DNA from: Octopus sinensis
Taxonomy: Eukaryota
Assembly (NCBI RefSeq): GCF_006345805.1
Contig: NC_043002.1
Span: 102,362,001-102,426,000 of the forward strand
DNA length: 64,000 bases
Direction of reading: 5' to 3'
Under the pieces are notes generated by a model. The model searched no databases and was not told where the DNA came from. It was given only the letters and a program-made list of their open reading frames with translations. The translations under genes and the position numbers were made by a program. Shown in pieces: positions 1-12,811 of the stretch; the stretch's first letter is position 1, and every line of letters begins with the position of its first letter.

Positions 1-399
1 TCAAGAGTATAATTGAGAGTACGTGATGTCTATGCCACGAGGAAGATACAAACTTTGGACACTACACAGTGGCTCGTCACCTCATTAAAGATGTCAGTCA
101 AAGTAGCCAATAACACCACTGGAATTACACAGTATTCGGAGAGAACACTGAAGGTAGTCAGAGATGAAGTTTTGTCTGAGATAATTTATTTGATGCAATC
201 TAAAATGAATTTCTTATGCGAACATATGCACGCATGTATACATACTTTCATAACTGTACATGCTTATATACTTACGTATATATTAAATGTATAAATTTAA
301 TAGTATGTAATTTCGTAATAATCCTTATTACACACACACACAAACACACACATACATACATACATATATATATATATATAAATGTGTGTGTGTGGATAA

Positions 400-498
400 A
401 TAGGAAAAATAGAAATTGAAAAAGCACTGAGAAGAGTTAAAATATTTTTATTAATATATTTGAAGCTTTAACCGGTTTCACAGTTTACATTGATTTTC
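400..498. repeat. Left arm of a ~100 bp inverted repeat (partner 2132-2232); possible Penelope-like pseudo-LTR
   Basis: ATAGGAAAAATAGAAATTGAAAAAGCACTGAGAAGAGTTAAA...TTAACCGGTTTCACAGTTTACATTGATTTTC aligns by eye, at roughly 80% identity, to the reverse complement of 2132-2232. The pLTR identity is inference. Confidence 0.75.
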
Positions 499-1201
499 CG
501 CTCCCACCGTGTCACGCGACGCATTTTGTGCCGAAAATGTAGGCCGATGTTCTTCAAGGATTTTAATGTACACTATCAAATATCATAAGCCACACAAAGC
601 TTACTCTAAGAAATAGACTGACCACTCAGTGACAACAAATATGAGGCCCCGGAACACATAGACATATCTCAAAATAGTAAGTCCCCCACATTCCAAGTCT
701 AATTATTTTCAGCGAATACCACAGATAAAGCACGGATAAACTAAGAAAATTCTTTCTTACAAAAGTACAAATCAAGACTCAACAGATTTTAACAGAGTAC
801 ATACACAAATAGTTTTTCCCTCACAACTCATTTTGCTACTTATCGTGAGGAACCTACACAGCTAACAACCTAATCTTAACCACTGGACTACAATCAGATA
901 ACACCTGTCCACTCTCCCACCAGTCAGATTAACTTTGGAATGCCTTGATTTTAATTAAACCTGTTCATTCAACTGTGTCGGCCATCGTTTTAGGCATAAA
1001 ATATACAGAAAACATTCATAGTATTGACTCTTTGGACATGTTCAGTCAACCGTCTCAGCTTTAACTTACGACCCCAAACAGTTTCACTTGATACTAACAC
1101 ACGGACGTAGCGAGGAATCTACAAAAAATTCTAGGACCAGTCATGTGACTATCCTCTACTAATCAAATCCTATTCAAAACTTAATAGTGTGAGCCATAAG
1201 G

Positions 1202-1890
1202 ATGGAAAGTAAAGTAGAAGAACAACAAGTGCAGCCTGCCGAAGAAGAAGGGTCGGAAATAGAGGAAAATAAAGAAGAGACATTTATTGGTGTAAATAAG
1301 CGAAACAGAAAGGAGCTGGGGAACTCTCCGACGGAGAACCAAAAAACGGAAGAAGGAAGTAGAGGAGAAAATAGTGGAGGTACTGAGGAAGGGGGCATAG
1401 AGTGGCGGGTATAATGGTGGACGATTGAGGTTATATACGAACAGGGGAACCAAAGGAAATGACTAGCGCGGACAGTTCAGGTCTGGAGCATAAACACGTA
1501 AATACCAATACGAAAAGGTGGCATGTAGTAACATATTTAAAAAGTACCGCCATAGAGCGGAAAATAGCGAAGTTTAAAGGTGGCATAAGGATTAAATTAC
1601 CAGCTGAACGTTACCCGGAACACATAAAGCGAGTGGTGATATAAAAGGTTAAAAGAACCATTTAAAGGTTATGTGAACCCTTTGGGGAAAGAAATTGAAT
1701 TTGAGGAACTACCAAAAGTAGTTACATACGAGGAGTTAATACCTCTAATGAATGGTAATAAAGGGGTACTTTAAAAGAGAGAATAAAAGAAATAGACTTT
1801 TTAGCAAAGGAGAAAAAGAAAGAAAAGGAAATAGATCTTGATTTAAAAAAAAAAAACGGGAAAAGGATGTAAAGAAAAAGAGAAAACTTT
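1202..1890 (+). pseudogene. Degenerate coding stretch, possibly ORF1 of a non-LTR retrotransposon
   Basis: Purine-rich broken reading frames: MESKVEEQQ...KRNRKELGNSP (1202-1414), then ...KIAKFKGGIRIKLPAERYPEHIKRVVI (1459-1644). Stops and frameshifts are present and no diagnostic motif was recognised. Confidence 0.3.
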
Positions 1891-2131
1891 CATAACTTGT
1901 ATAAATCAACAGTAAAATGGTTTTCTGCTTGAGAAGTGGCGTTCAATGCAGCCATTTCATTATTATCATTTAAATATACATTTTCTTTTTTCATTTTCAT
2001 TCGTTCTCTTTTATGTCCCCACAGTAAGTGTTCTGATTGTCGTTGGGCTGTGCCCTCTGTATTATGACCTGGGTGCCAAATAACCAAATAGAGAAGCAAG
2101 ACAAAAGCCAGTCTTTCTATCTGAACATTTT

Positions 2132-2232
2132 GAAAATCAGTGTAAAGTAAGAAACCGATTAAATCATTGAATATATTAGTAAAAATTATCTTTAACTATT
2201 CTCAGTGCCTTTACAACTTCTAGTTTTCCTAT
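2132..2232. repeat. Right arm of the inverted repeat (partner 400-498)
   Basis: Reverse complement reads ATAGGAAAACTAGAAGTTGTAAAGGCACTGAGAATAGTTAAAG...TTAATCGGTTTCTTACTTTACACTGATTTTC. Confidence 0.75.
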
Positions 2233-2270
2233 AATTCTACAACTGTGGAATAAAAATCTCTCATTTCTCT

Positions 2271-2461
2271 CTCTATATATATATATACACATACATATAT
2301 ATATGTATATATATATATACACACATGCATATATATATATATACGTATACATATTATATATATACGATATATATATATATTATACACCATATACATATAT
2401 TATACGTACACTATATATAGTATATATATATATATATACACACAAACATATATATATATAC

Positions 2462-2494
<33 letters not shown>

Positions 2495-2570
2495 TACATA
2501 CAAACATATATATATATACGTATATATATATATATATTATATATATATACATACAAACATATATAGATAT

Positions 2571-2601
<31 letters not shown>

Positions 2602-2914
2602 TACATACACTACATATATATATACGTATACATATATATATTACGTATATATATACACACATATATATAGATATATACGTATACATATATATATACGTAT
2701 ATATATACACACATATATATAGATATATACGTATACATATATATATATATACGTATACGTATATATACACACACATACATATATATATATACGTATACAT
2801 ATATATACACACACATATATACGTATACATATATATACACACACACATACATATATACGTATACATATATATATAAGGTAACGTATATATATACACATAT
2901 ATATATATACGTAT

Positions 2915-2945
<31 letters not shown>

Positions 2946-3075
2946 TCATACACATACATATATATATATAGGCATATATACGTATATATATGTATGTACG
3001 TATGAATATATATATACATATGTATGTGTATTTATATGCGTATATATATATTTATATATATATATATATATATAT
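2271..3075. repeat. Compound (TA)n/(TACG/CATA) microsatellite tract
   Basis: Directly visible; source of the spurious I/Y-rich ORFs. Confidence 0.95.
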
Positions 3076-3369
3076 AAGAAGGAAAAGAATATGGAGATTG
3101 GGAAGTCAATTGTTTATTATTAACAGCAAATTAATCATCTTTACTGAGAGCTTTTCAATTAATACTCGGTAAATATTAAGTAATATTAATTTTGTATCTA
3201 TATGATCTCAGCATAATGTCATGAGGTTAACTCAACCTTTAATCGAAATGTATACACACACACACACACAGATATATATGTATGTATCTATGTATGTAAG
3301 TATATTTATACTTTTACTCGTTCCAGCCGTGCGGCTGCGGTCTTGCTGGAGCATCACTGCGGTCTTTCT

Positions 3370-3900
3370 AAATTCCTCTGTCTGGAGTGTTTCACATCAC
3401 CACTCCTTTATATGTCTGTGTCCCATCTGTTGGCCCCTTTTGTGTATAAGTGAGTTTGATTCCGCCGCTATCGTCTGCATTTCATGTGAAGCTGTTGGTT
3501 CATCTAGCATTGAGAAGACGAGGGTGTCTAGAACCTATTTGAAGACATCTACTTCCAAGTTATGCAGAATTCTTAATATTTTTGGTAGGGCATTCAAGAG
3601 ATGTGGGCTTTTGCACCCTACACTAATGCAGTATCTAGTCCTGAATTTAGACGGGGTCCATGGTGCATTGGGCTTAATAGATGGCGGCCAGTTCTAGCAT
3701 TTGTATAATACAAAATGCCAAACTTAACTCTTTGAGGTTTCCAAATGTAGATTATTGCATATGTCTCGTGCGCCTTCTTTCCAAGGAGTAAAGTAGCAGA
3801 TTTTTCGGGACTGTTTTAATCATTATGCATCGTCCTCACATAGATAATGCCTTTTTTGCACTTCTTTATTTTTCAAATTTAGGATAAAGTTCTTCTATTA
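3370..3900 (-). mobile_element. 3' end of a CR1/L2-like LINE (degenerate ORF2 C-terminus)
   Basis: Minus-strand translation KSPHLLNALPKILRILHNLEVDVFK*VLDTLVFSMLDEPTASHEMQTIAAESNSLI resembles the GPxLFNxLP...FKxxLDxxLxxIPDEP...SNSL tail of CR1-type ORF2. Confidence 0.65.
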
Positions 3901-4080
3901 TATCTTATCTTATAAGAAATAAGTATGAAAACCAAACTGCACTCTTCAAAACTTGTACTCAGAATAAGTACCCGGTTAAATTAGCACCTGCGTTTATAGT
4001 AAGCTGATCAGGTAGTTATCCCGTCCACGTCCGATTGTTAGTTCATGCAATTGAAAACGGCCTCATTATTTATGGGATGA

Positions 4081-4117
<37 letters not shown>

Positions 4118-4195
4118 AATAAATATTAGGGAATGAATCCAAATTTACAGGGAAAATCTGATTTAGGATTGAATCCAATTTTATAGTAAAATATA

Positions 4196-4325
4196 ATATA
4201 ATATTAATTAGAGACAAAACCACTATTATGCAAATCAAACAAAGAAAGACTTAATCCAATATTGGATTAAGTCTTTCTTGGTTTGATTTGCATAATAGTG
4301 GTTTTGTCTCTAATTAATATTATAT
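4196..4325. repeat. Spacerless palindrome, 65-bp arms, 1 mismatch
   Basis: 4201-4260 equals the reverse complement of 4261-4320 except at one position; the symmetry extends 5 bp further into flanking AT. Centre is ...TTAATCCAAT|ATTGGATTAA... Confidence 0.95.
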
Positions 4326-4337
4326 ATATATATATAT

Positions 4338-4585
4338 GGAGGGGCAATGGCCCAGTGGTTAGGGCAGCGGACTCGCAGCCGCAGGATCACGGTTTCGATT
4401 CCCAGACCGGGCGTTGTGAGTGTTTAATGAGCGAAAACACCTCAAAGCTCAACGACGCTCCCACTCTTTCTTCTGTTCGCCTGCTCGCTTAACCAGCGGG
4501 GTGGCTTCATTCGAAGGCTAAAACAATGCGAACGCATTCTGACCAGCGATGTGTAACAACATCTGATGGTCTGGTCGGTCACGTG

Positions 4586-4587
<2 letters not shown>
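4338..4587 (+). mobile_element. tRNA-derived SINE (family A, internally shorter variant)
   Basis: Pol III A box TGGCCCAGTGG and B box GGTTTCGATTCCC; the first ~110 bp are nearly identical to 7709-7820. Confidence 0.85.
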
Positions 4588-4634
<47 letters not shown>

Positions 4635-4999
4635 AGAGAGAGAGAGATAGATAGAGTGATGAACGTTGCCATTGTGACGAAGCTCAAACACGCAGAGGGA
4701 AGAGCATGGTTAGCAAGCTGTTTTGATGAATGGAACGCTAGTCATTCTAGAAACTTCCAAGAGAAAAGCTAAGATTCTTGAATAATTAAGAATCACGTCT
4801 CATGACACACATACGTCGAGAAAATTAGTAAAGGGAGGTTACTCTATAATCTTTCTTGCAAGGGAGATCATGCAACTATCTAGCTACCGCTACACACTAA
4901 TGTGCATGCGCACAAATTTTATGGTCAATGCGTCGATCACAGCTACACACCTCCTTCCAAATCCTGCTGTAAACACCGGAAGTAAGCTGTCTATATAAT

Positions 5000-5057
<58 letters not shown>

Positions 5058-5097
5058 GTGTGTGTGTGTGTGTGTGTGCTTATATGTTTGTAATTAT

Positions 5098-5636
5098 TTT
5101 TCTTCCTGTTGGAGTAGTGGTATTGGCTGGACATTTTTGGAAGTCTTGAAAAGCTTGGTGTAGAAGTCTTCGCAAACAATTTCCATCTAGCTCTTATCGC
5201 TTACCGGTACTCCATCTGTATTATTCAGGGCCGTCACCTCTGATCTATATAGTGCCATGTCCCTCTTGCATTTCTTGAGGCTTTTCTTTTCCTCCTCGGC
5301 CTTCAGGAGCTTCTACATCTGGTATGCGTCAAAGTCTCTATTCAGTTTCTGACGAATAACTCTGCTGAGAAGGGAATATGTAAGGTGATCTTCAATAGTC
5401 CCCTTCATATTTTTCCTATTCTCAAGTAACTTCGTAGTTTCCTCCGAGAATCTTCCCTTCTCTCTCAGACACCCCCTTAGTCTTCCTTAAACAGCTTTCA
5501 GTTTCCCTATCCATCTTGCCAACGTATACTCACCTCCTTCTTCTGGCGGTTCTCGCACAGCCACAGCACGTTGCACCCGATCTTCTTCCTCTCCTCGATT
5601 AGGTGGTTCATTTCTTGCCACCCTGCCAAGGACCCG
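5098..5636 (-). mobile_element. Inverted 5' segment of an RTE-clade LINE
   Basis: Minus translation gives an APE N-terminal-like motif (LIEERKKIGCNVLWLCENRQKKEVSIRWQDG) and then the linker ETTKLLENRK...EIVCEDFYTKLFKTSKNVQPIPLLQQEE, implying an internal deletion. Confidence 0.8.
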
Positions 5637-6793
5637 CAGGAAGAAAATGTGCCACCTATCTTTGTCAGTGAGGTCGAAAGATCCATCGGCTTGATGAAAA
5701 ACGGAAAGTAGCCAGAGAAAACCGGTATAAAATCAGAGGTCAGGCAGAGAACAGCTTTGGAAAACCCTCACCGTGCGATTCACGCACTATCTAAATGAGG
5801 GAAGAATTCCCTCGCAGTGGAAAGAATCAAATATCATCCTGATATTTAAGAAGTGCCATAGAGATCTAAAGAACTACCGACTCATATGTCTGCTGTCTTA
5901 CGTGTACAAGCTGTTCACAAAGGTAATTCTGAACAGATTGTCATGTCATCTCGATGAACAACAACTGAGGGAGCAAGCCTGCTTCAGGATGAACTACAGC
6001 ACGATGGACCATATATTTACTCTAACACAACTGCTTGAACGAGCAAAAATGAATACAAGCTGCCTCTTTGCGTTGCGTTTGTAGACTATGAGAAGGCTTT
6101 CGACAGCGTCGAAACCAACGCAGTGTTGAACTCGTTGCAGAGGCAGAGAGTCGAGGCGCAATATAGGCAGCTGCTCAGGGAGGCAAATTCCGGATGCACC
6201 ACCGACATAGCTCCACTGTTATCACCCATACGAGTGCCGGTCGAGAAGGGAGTGAAGCAAGGAGATACCATCTCCCCAAAACTTTTTACTGCATGTCTCG
6301 AGCAGATCATCAGAGGCATCGACTGGCAAGGCGGTGTCAACATCAATGTCGAGCTCCTCACCCACCTCTGTTTCGCTGATGATATCGTAATCACCGCTGA
6401 AAGTACGGATCAGCTTCAGACCATGCTGACGGAGCTCGACGACATCAAAAGCTCTGCAGTAGGTCTCGAGATGAACCGCATGAAAACGAAGTTCATGCGG
6501 TACGACAACGTACTAACAGGTCGAATGGTGATCGGCAGTGATGAAATAGAGGAGGTAAAGGAATACGTCTACCTGGGACAGGAAGTGAATATGTGTCGAG
6601 ACATCGAAAAGGAGATCTCGCGAAGAATATGGGCTAGATTGAAAGCGGTTAATGGCATAGGGATGTGCTCAAAGGAAGGTTGGACAGTACCACCCACGCC
6701 AACCTAATCGATAGCACAGTTCTACCTGCAATGTAATATGGTAGTTAAACATGGGCTACAACAAAGAGAGAAGAGCAGAGATTGGTAACATGT
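5637..6793 (+). mobile_element. RTE-clade LINE reverse transcriptase region (pseudogenised), runs into the gap
   Basis: IPSQWKESNIILIFKK, YRLICLLS, EQACFR, DYEKAFDSVE, GVKQGDTISPKLF, LCFADDI (6372-6383), YVYLG; frameshifts and stops. Confidence 0.95.
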
Positions 6794-6893
6794 NNNNNNN
6801 NNNNNNNNNNNNNNNNNNNNNNNNNNNNNNNNNNNNNNNNNNNNNNNNNNNNNNNNNNNNNNNNNNNNNNNNNNNNNNNNNNNNNNNNNNNNN
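6794..6893. other. Assembly gap (100 N)
   Basis: Run of N. Confidence 1.
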
Positions 6894-7708
6894 ACTTTTC
6901 AGAGAGTAGCGTGCGATTTTTCGGATAACTGGTTGCTAGTTGTAATAGTTGTAAAAGCAGCCACGATATGTTTGTTTCCTGTTGTAATACATATTGGCAT
7001 GCATGGTGAAGTTTGGCAGATATCAGCATTGGTCAGGCAAACAGTTCACTGGCTGAGTTTATGAACAAGACCATTGTATCTTGTTAGAGTTCTGTTAGTA
7101 TGAGGATACGTCTGGCTGACAAGATACATCGATGTCACAACCGACTGTCCCAGAATACGTTGAACTCTTCATTCGAGTGTTATGAACACACATTCGTCCT
7201 GAAGCTGAACTTGTACTTTGGCGAAACACACCAGCGATTGGCATAGAGGTGTGTTCGCTGACGATTACGGAGTTCTGTTCACTGACGGTCGTGGCGTCGA
7301 GGCCCCCGGCTGACTGCCTGCCTGTCAAAAGGTGCGCCCCGATGCTGGCTGACTACTGCTGCTTTGAGAGGTACACAACATGCTCTGATTGGCTGCCGGT
7401 ACCAATGCACAACTGTGTCAATCTGCGATAGCGAAATATGGTTTCCTAGATTCCATTAATACTAATTGCTACTCTTATATGCAAAAAAAAACAAAACCTT
7501 CTTATAGAACTGTGAAAGACCGATTCGGTATTTGGAGGTAATGAAGAGTTACTTTTGAGAAATGCATGGGTCCCAAAATCCGGTAGCCTCATCTACTATC
7601 CAGTATTTCACTCATACTTTCTGCGAGGACAAATGTCTTTAAAGACTATTTCTGCTCTGGAAGATCATCCCACGTTCCAGTGTACACGAATGTGTTACAT
7701 ACGATTGT

Positions 7709-8097
7709 GTGGAGTCGCAATGGCCCAGTGGTTAGGGCAGCGGACTCGCGGTCGTAGGATCGCGGTTTCGATTCCCAGACCGGGCATTGTGAGTGTTTAT
7801 TGAGCGAAAACACCTAAAGCTCCACGAGGCTCCGGCAGGGATGGTGGTGATCCCTGCTGTACTCTTTCACCACAACTTTCTCTCACTCTTACTTCCTGTT
7901 TCTGCTGTACCTGTATTTTAAAGGGTCGGCCTTGTCACTCTCTGTGTCACGCTGAATATCCCCGAGAACTACGTTAAGGGTACACGTGTCTGTGGAGTGC
8001 TCAGCCACTTACACGTTAATTTCACGAGCAGGCTGTTCCATTGATTCGGATTAACCGGAACCCTCGTCGTTGTAACCGACGAAGTGCTTCCACCACC
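7709..8097 (+). mobile_element. Full-length tRNA-derived SINE (family A) with 12-bp TSD
   Basis: A and B boxes as at 4338, a (CCA)n tail, and flanking ACATACGATTGT at 7697-7708 and 8098-8109. Confidence 0.92.
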
Positions 8098-8201
8098 ACA
8101 TACGATTGTATAACCATGTTTCCTTTAGCTAGAGCTATTAAGTGCCAAATCTACCACATGTCACATTTCCTTGTGGTGCATACTTACGGGCTAAATATCA
8201 T

Positions 8202-8234
<33 letters not shown>

Positions 8235-9739
8235 CGAACAACTCACTCCACTGTATAAATGCGGTATGTAATACTTCATTTTATATCAATGAAAGAAGTT
8301 TTGTTTTATGTTTGCTTAACTTTTCTAATATAACTAAAATTATTTCCCCCCATTATCACACTTGTTTCACACGGACATACGATTGTATTTTCTTCTGCAA
8401 ATAATCTGCGAAATGTATTTTATTCTATATCTAAAAGAGCCGGGCATAATTCTGTGCACATTTGTCTGCTATTTCCCACATGTAGAGCAAACGTGAAATG
8501 AGCGTAATTGGCTCATATGGAAACTAACGCAACCAGTATTAGTGCAGAATAATCAGTAAATTATCACTGTATTGTTGCGGCCTGAGCTAAGGGCCTTTTA
8601 TATCGCAATTTCAAATGAGTTTGAAAGATAAAGCACTTATGTAAAGTTAGGTACAGGGGTAAATTTAATCACCCGAATGATGCCTTTCAGTTGGAGAACC
8701 GCACAAGAGCTAAAGAAAAAGATAAATTATACACTAAAATAGTACATACTACATATAATATATGCCTGTATATATGTACGTGCGTGTGTGTGTGCTTGTG
8801 TGCTTGTTTTTTATGTAAATATACACATATACACGCCCACACATAAACAGACACACTCATTATGTATATATATATATTATACATCGTGTGTGATGTGAGT
8901 ATGCGCGAAGGCTTCTATATATATATGTATATATATAATTTGTTTAGAATTCATTGTGAAATCTCATAGAATTCTTCTGATTGTAGGAAAGGTTTATTAC
9001 GTGAAATGAAATTGGCAATTCTTTTGCGACTAATGAAGAAATGTAGAAATTCAATAAACGAATTTTGAAACTTCACACGGTAACTATGTATGTCTGCTGT
9101 ATAACGTTCTAAACTAGTTGAACTACAATTAAGATGAAAGGATAGCCGGGAACATTTTAAATTCTTGCTTGTTCTGTATAATTTGCAGATAAACAAACAG
9201 CGAATATGAATCTGGAAGGGTCTCTGTATTGTATTGTGTGCGTGTATTTATTAATTGTAAATGGTGACTGTTTGTTTTATGTGACTAACAGAAAGATAAA
9301 TAGCTTTCATCCTGCTCTTTTAATTTTTTTTTTTTTTTTTGGATAAAGCAGTCGTATTAAGTAGGGCAGTAGCCATATTATTTTGAAGCACGCCCAGACT
9401 ATATATTATATTAATGCTGTTCAGGTTTAGCTTTAATAACTGCAGACAAACAGGAGCAAGTGAGAAGTCCATATAGCCTAAGTTCAAGGTAAAAAAAAAG
9501 TGCAACACACAATTATTTGTAGAAGGCCTGCGAGGTTAGGAACAGTAAATGTGAGAAGATGCCTTTGGGGAATGATTAATTTGAAATAGTCAGAGGTGGT
9601 TATTGTGTTTGTGATAGAAGAGACAGCAATAGGAAACTCTGTGAAATAATATTTCAAGCGTCACAGTTTCCGGTGGTTTCGATATTTATCTATCATTAAA
9701 TAAGCCTTATTTCGAAGCCTTCTAATATGACTGTCTTTT

Positions 9740-9905
9740 GACTATCTGTCTTTACGTTCTGAGTTCAAATTCCCCCGAGGTCGACTTTGTCTTTCATTCT
9801 TTTGAGGTCGATAAATAAAGTACCTGTTGCCTACTGGGATCGATCTAATCGACTGGCCCCCTTCTCCAAAATTTCGGGCCTTGTGCCTAGAGAAGAAAAG
9901 AATAT
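9740..9905 (+). mobile_element. 5'-truncated tRNA-derived SINE (family B)
   Basis: B box GTTCAAATTCC followed by GTCGACTTTG.CTTTCAT.CTTT.G.GGTCGATAAA...GGCCTTGTGCC, shared with 57741-57907. Confidence 0.8.
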
Positions 9906-10696
9906 GATTGAAAATGAAATTTACGCTCTTCACATGATACGTCACGTGGTAATTTTACTTGTCGCTAAGCGTGTAGTGTTAATTAAAAATGTTTTATTTA
10001 AGCTCTATCATTACATGTGTGAATAAAGAACGCATTCTTTGAATTAACCAAATATGTTTTCATATGAACGGTTGATTTCTGTTGTTCAGAGTCAGATCAA
10101 TCCACACCAAGCATAATTAACGCTACAGTTGCACAAATAGATGCTGTTTCATCTACTTTACAGGCACCGTGTATTTAATGCTGCATTATCCATCATATCT
10201 TATGCAAAGCAATGGTATTTTAATTTAAGTACGTTTACATGGTCTTTGTAACACTTCCAGTAACGACAAGGTACTCCTTGACTGGCTCATACGTTGATGA
10301 TCGTTATGGAATGGTGTTGAAATTTTTTTCCAATAACGTAAGTGTTGCTGTATGTGAAGTGAAACTGTTTTCTGTCGATAATTGAATCATAGACCGCAGT
10401 TTTCATTCACAAAATCTTAAATTCTTCCATGTTTGGTGCTTCTGGGAATATATTTCTGAGACTCTGTATGCAGAAATATATTTGGACCAAAATTATCCAT
10501 TATTTAATACAAAACAGTTTTTTTTTTTATCACCAATGGACTCAAGTGTTTGATGGTGTGGGAGAAATTTACAAGGTTGCTATTTTGATATTCTTCCCGC
10601 TTCAGTTGTTGGTGATAACATTATGATATATCTCCATTTACATGATTCGCATGGATGAAGAATTATACAGTGTTATTAGGGGGGAAAAACTCAAAA

Positions 10697-10720
10697 ACAA
10701 CAACAATAATAACAATAATG

Positions 10721-10774
<54 letters not shown>

Positions 10775-10790
10775 GTAATAATAATAATAA
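10697..10790. repeat. (AAT)n microsatellite
   Basis: Directly visible; a second tract lies at 11178-11248. Confidence 0.95.
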
Positions 10791-11190
10791 TCGGAAGAAG
10801 ATGAAGAATGATTGTGATGATGACGACGATGGTGATGATGATACCGAAAGCCATTGTAGGCTATGTACAAACAACGAACATGAGTGCTAAAACAGGCAAA
10901 AATATTCACCTAGATAATTATTTACATAAAAACCATAAAAAAATGAAGAAGAGAATAGAAAAATTGGAAGCAGCAGCAGCAGAAACAACAGCAACAATAA
11001 CAACAAAGACAATGAACTGTAATAATATTAGAGTAAAGTGTTGATTTGAATACGTTATCAAATTATTATACCATAAAACATTAATCGATTTAAAATTCAT
11101 AAATCCGCCGCCATCAATGAAACATTTTGTCGCATGAATCTAAAGATTAATCAACTCAGCATTGATACTTAAACACATAATAATAATAAT

Positions 11191-11248
<58 letters not shown>

Positions 11249-12079
11249 GTGGTAGCAAGAACAAGAATTACAATAAGAACAATATATCTCTAGAGTATAT
11301 AATATTATAACGAACACATTCTTAGGACAATACAGTCTTGTACCGTTAAACGAGATTAACTTATTGTAATATTTACGAAGCGGAATTCATTGAACATGAA
11401 AAGTTTGTAAATAAAGCATGATGGGAGTCGTTTTTGAAAATGTGTCAGATAAGATTCTTTGTTTTAACTGAGAATATAAAGCCCATTATATTAAAGCTAT
11501 TAAAATCTTATCTCAGCCATTCGATTAGGACAGTATTCTTGCACCGGTATTGTTTAAACATAGCTTATTGTCTGACAGCTCATCTGCATCATTTACTTGG
11601 TGATAATAAATTTCCTATTCATATTTACATACAAGCTTCAGGCAAATTTTAATACAAAATTTAAAGCTTAAAGTTTTTGTTTTCTAAATGGATTTCTTAG
11701 TTTCGGCTCTATGTTGGTGATTGGTTTGTGATTCGAAGAGAGAATAATACCTATGAGATTACATCATCAATTAAATCGCTTCTCATCATAGCTGAGCTGA
11801 ATTAATATCATATTAAGATAAAGCTATACTGACTTACTTCATATATATATATATATACACACACACTCGCGAAGGCCGCCACGTTCTGTGAGAGATGGTC
11901 GATGTGTCGAGATTCATCATATACATACATCACTTTTCTCTTCAGCAACACTTTCCAAAATTTCCAATTTCTTTGAACCGTATAATCTCATTCGGAATCA
12001 CGAGATAGAATAAATACTTTAAGAATAGCTAGGGTTTTATTTCATGGAAGTTGCCGCTTTGATATACGAGCGTTTGTAT

Positions 12080-12155
12080 GCAAGTATATATTCATGCATG
12101 TGAGTATATATGTGTGTGCGTATGTGTGTGTACATATATCTTCGTGTGTATATTA

Positions 12156-12187
<32 letters not shown>

Positions 12188-12240
12188 TTCATGTATATAT
12201 ATATGCATGTATATTATATATATACATATGCATGTATGTA

Positions 12241-12272
<32 letters not shown>

Positions 12273-12405
12273 GCATGTATATATATGCATGTATATAATA
12301 TATGCATGCATATATATGCATGTATATATATATATGCATGTATATATACACACATATGTATATATACACAGAAACGCATACTTAAAAGTATGGATATATT
12401 CATAT

Positions 12406-12440
<35 letters not shown>

Positions 12441-12476
12441 TGTGTATATATATATATATGTGTGTGTGTGTGTGCG

Positions 12477-12507
<31 letters not shown>
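12080..12507. repeat. Compound TA/TG/TGCA microsatellite
   Basis: Directly visible. Confidence 0.9.
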
Positions 12508-12512
<5 letters not shown>

Positions 12513-12754
12513 GATGGACAATGATGACCAAGATGACGCACGAGCGTACAGGTTCTAAGGGACGAATTGTGCAAATGATTTATAGTGATCAAATGTCCGC
12601 GTCACTCATTAGCTCACTCCCTCCATCAAATCGACTGTCTGAACAGGTGCGCTGTGTACCACGTGTCAGGTGTCTAACTGATTGCAGGAATTGAAATCAC
12701 GACCGCTAGATCATGAGTGCAACACCCACCCTAAACACCTAGTATTGCACCCTC

Positions 12755-12808
<54 letters not shown>

Positions 12809-12811
<3 letters not shown>

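Noticed and set aside
1030-1100. Minus-strand SETVWGRKLKLRRLTEH as a GIY-YIG fragment
   Set aside because: Only a loose match to GxTxRxLxxRxxEH, with no upstream GIY/YIG residues.
4338-4420. tRNA gene candidates (also 7709-7790 and other SINE heads)
   Set aside because: A and B boxes are present, but the heads run into SINE bodies and no complete cloverleaf was evident.
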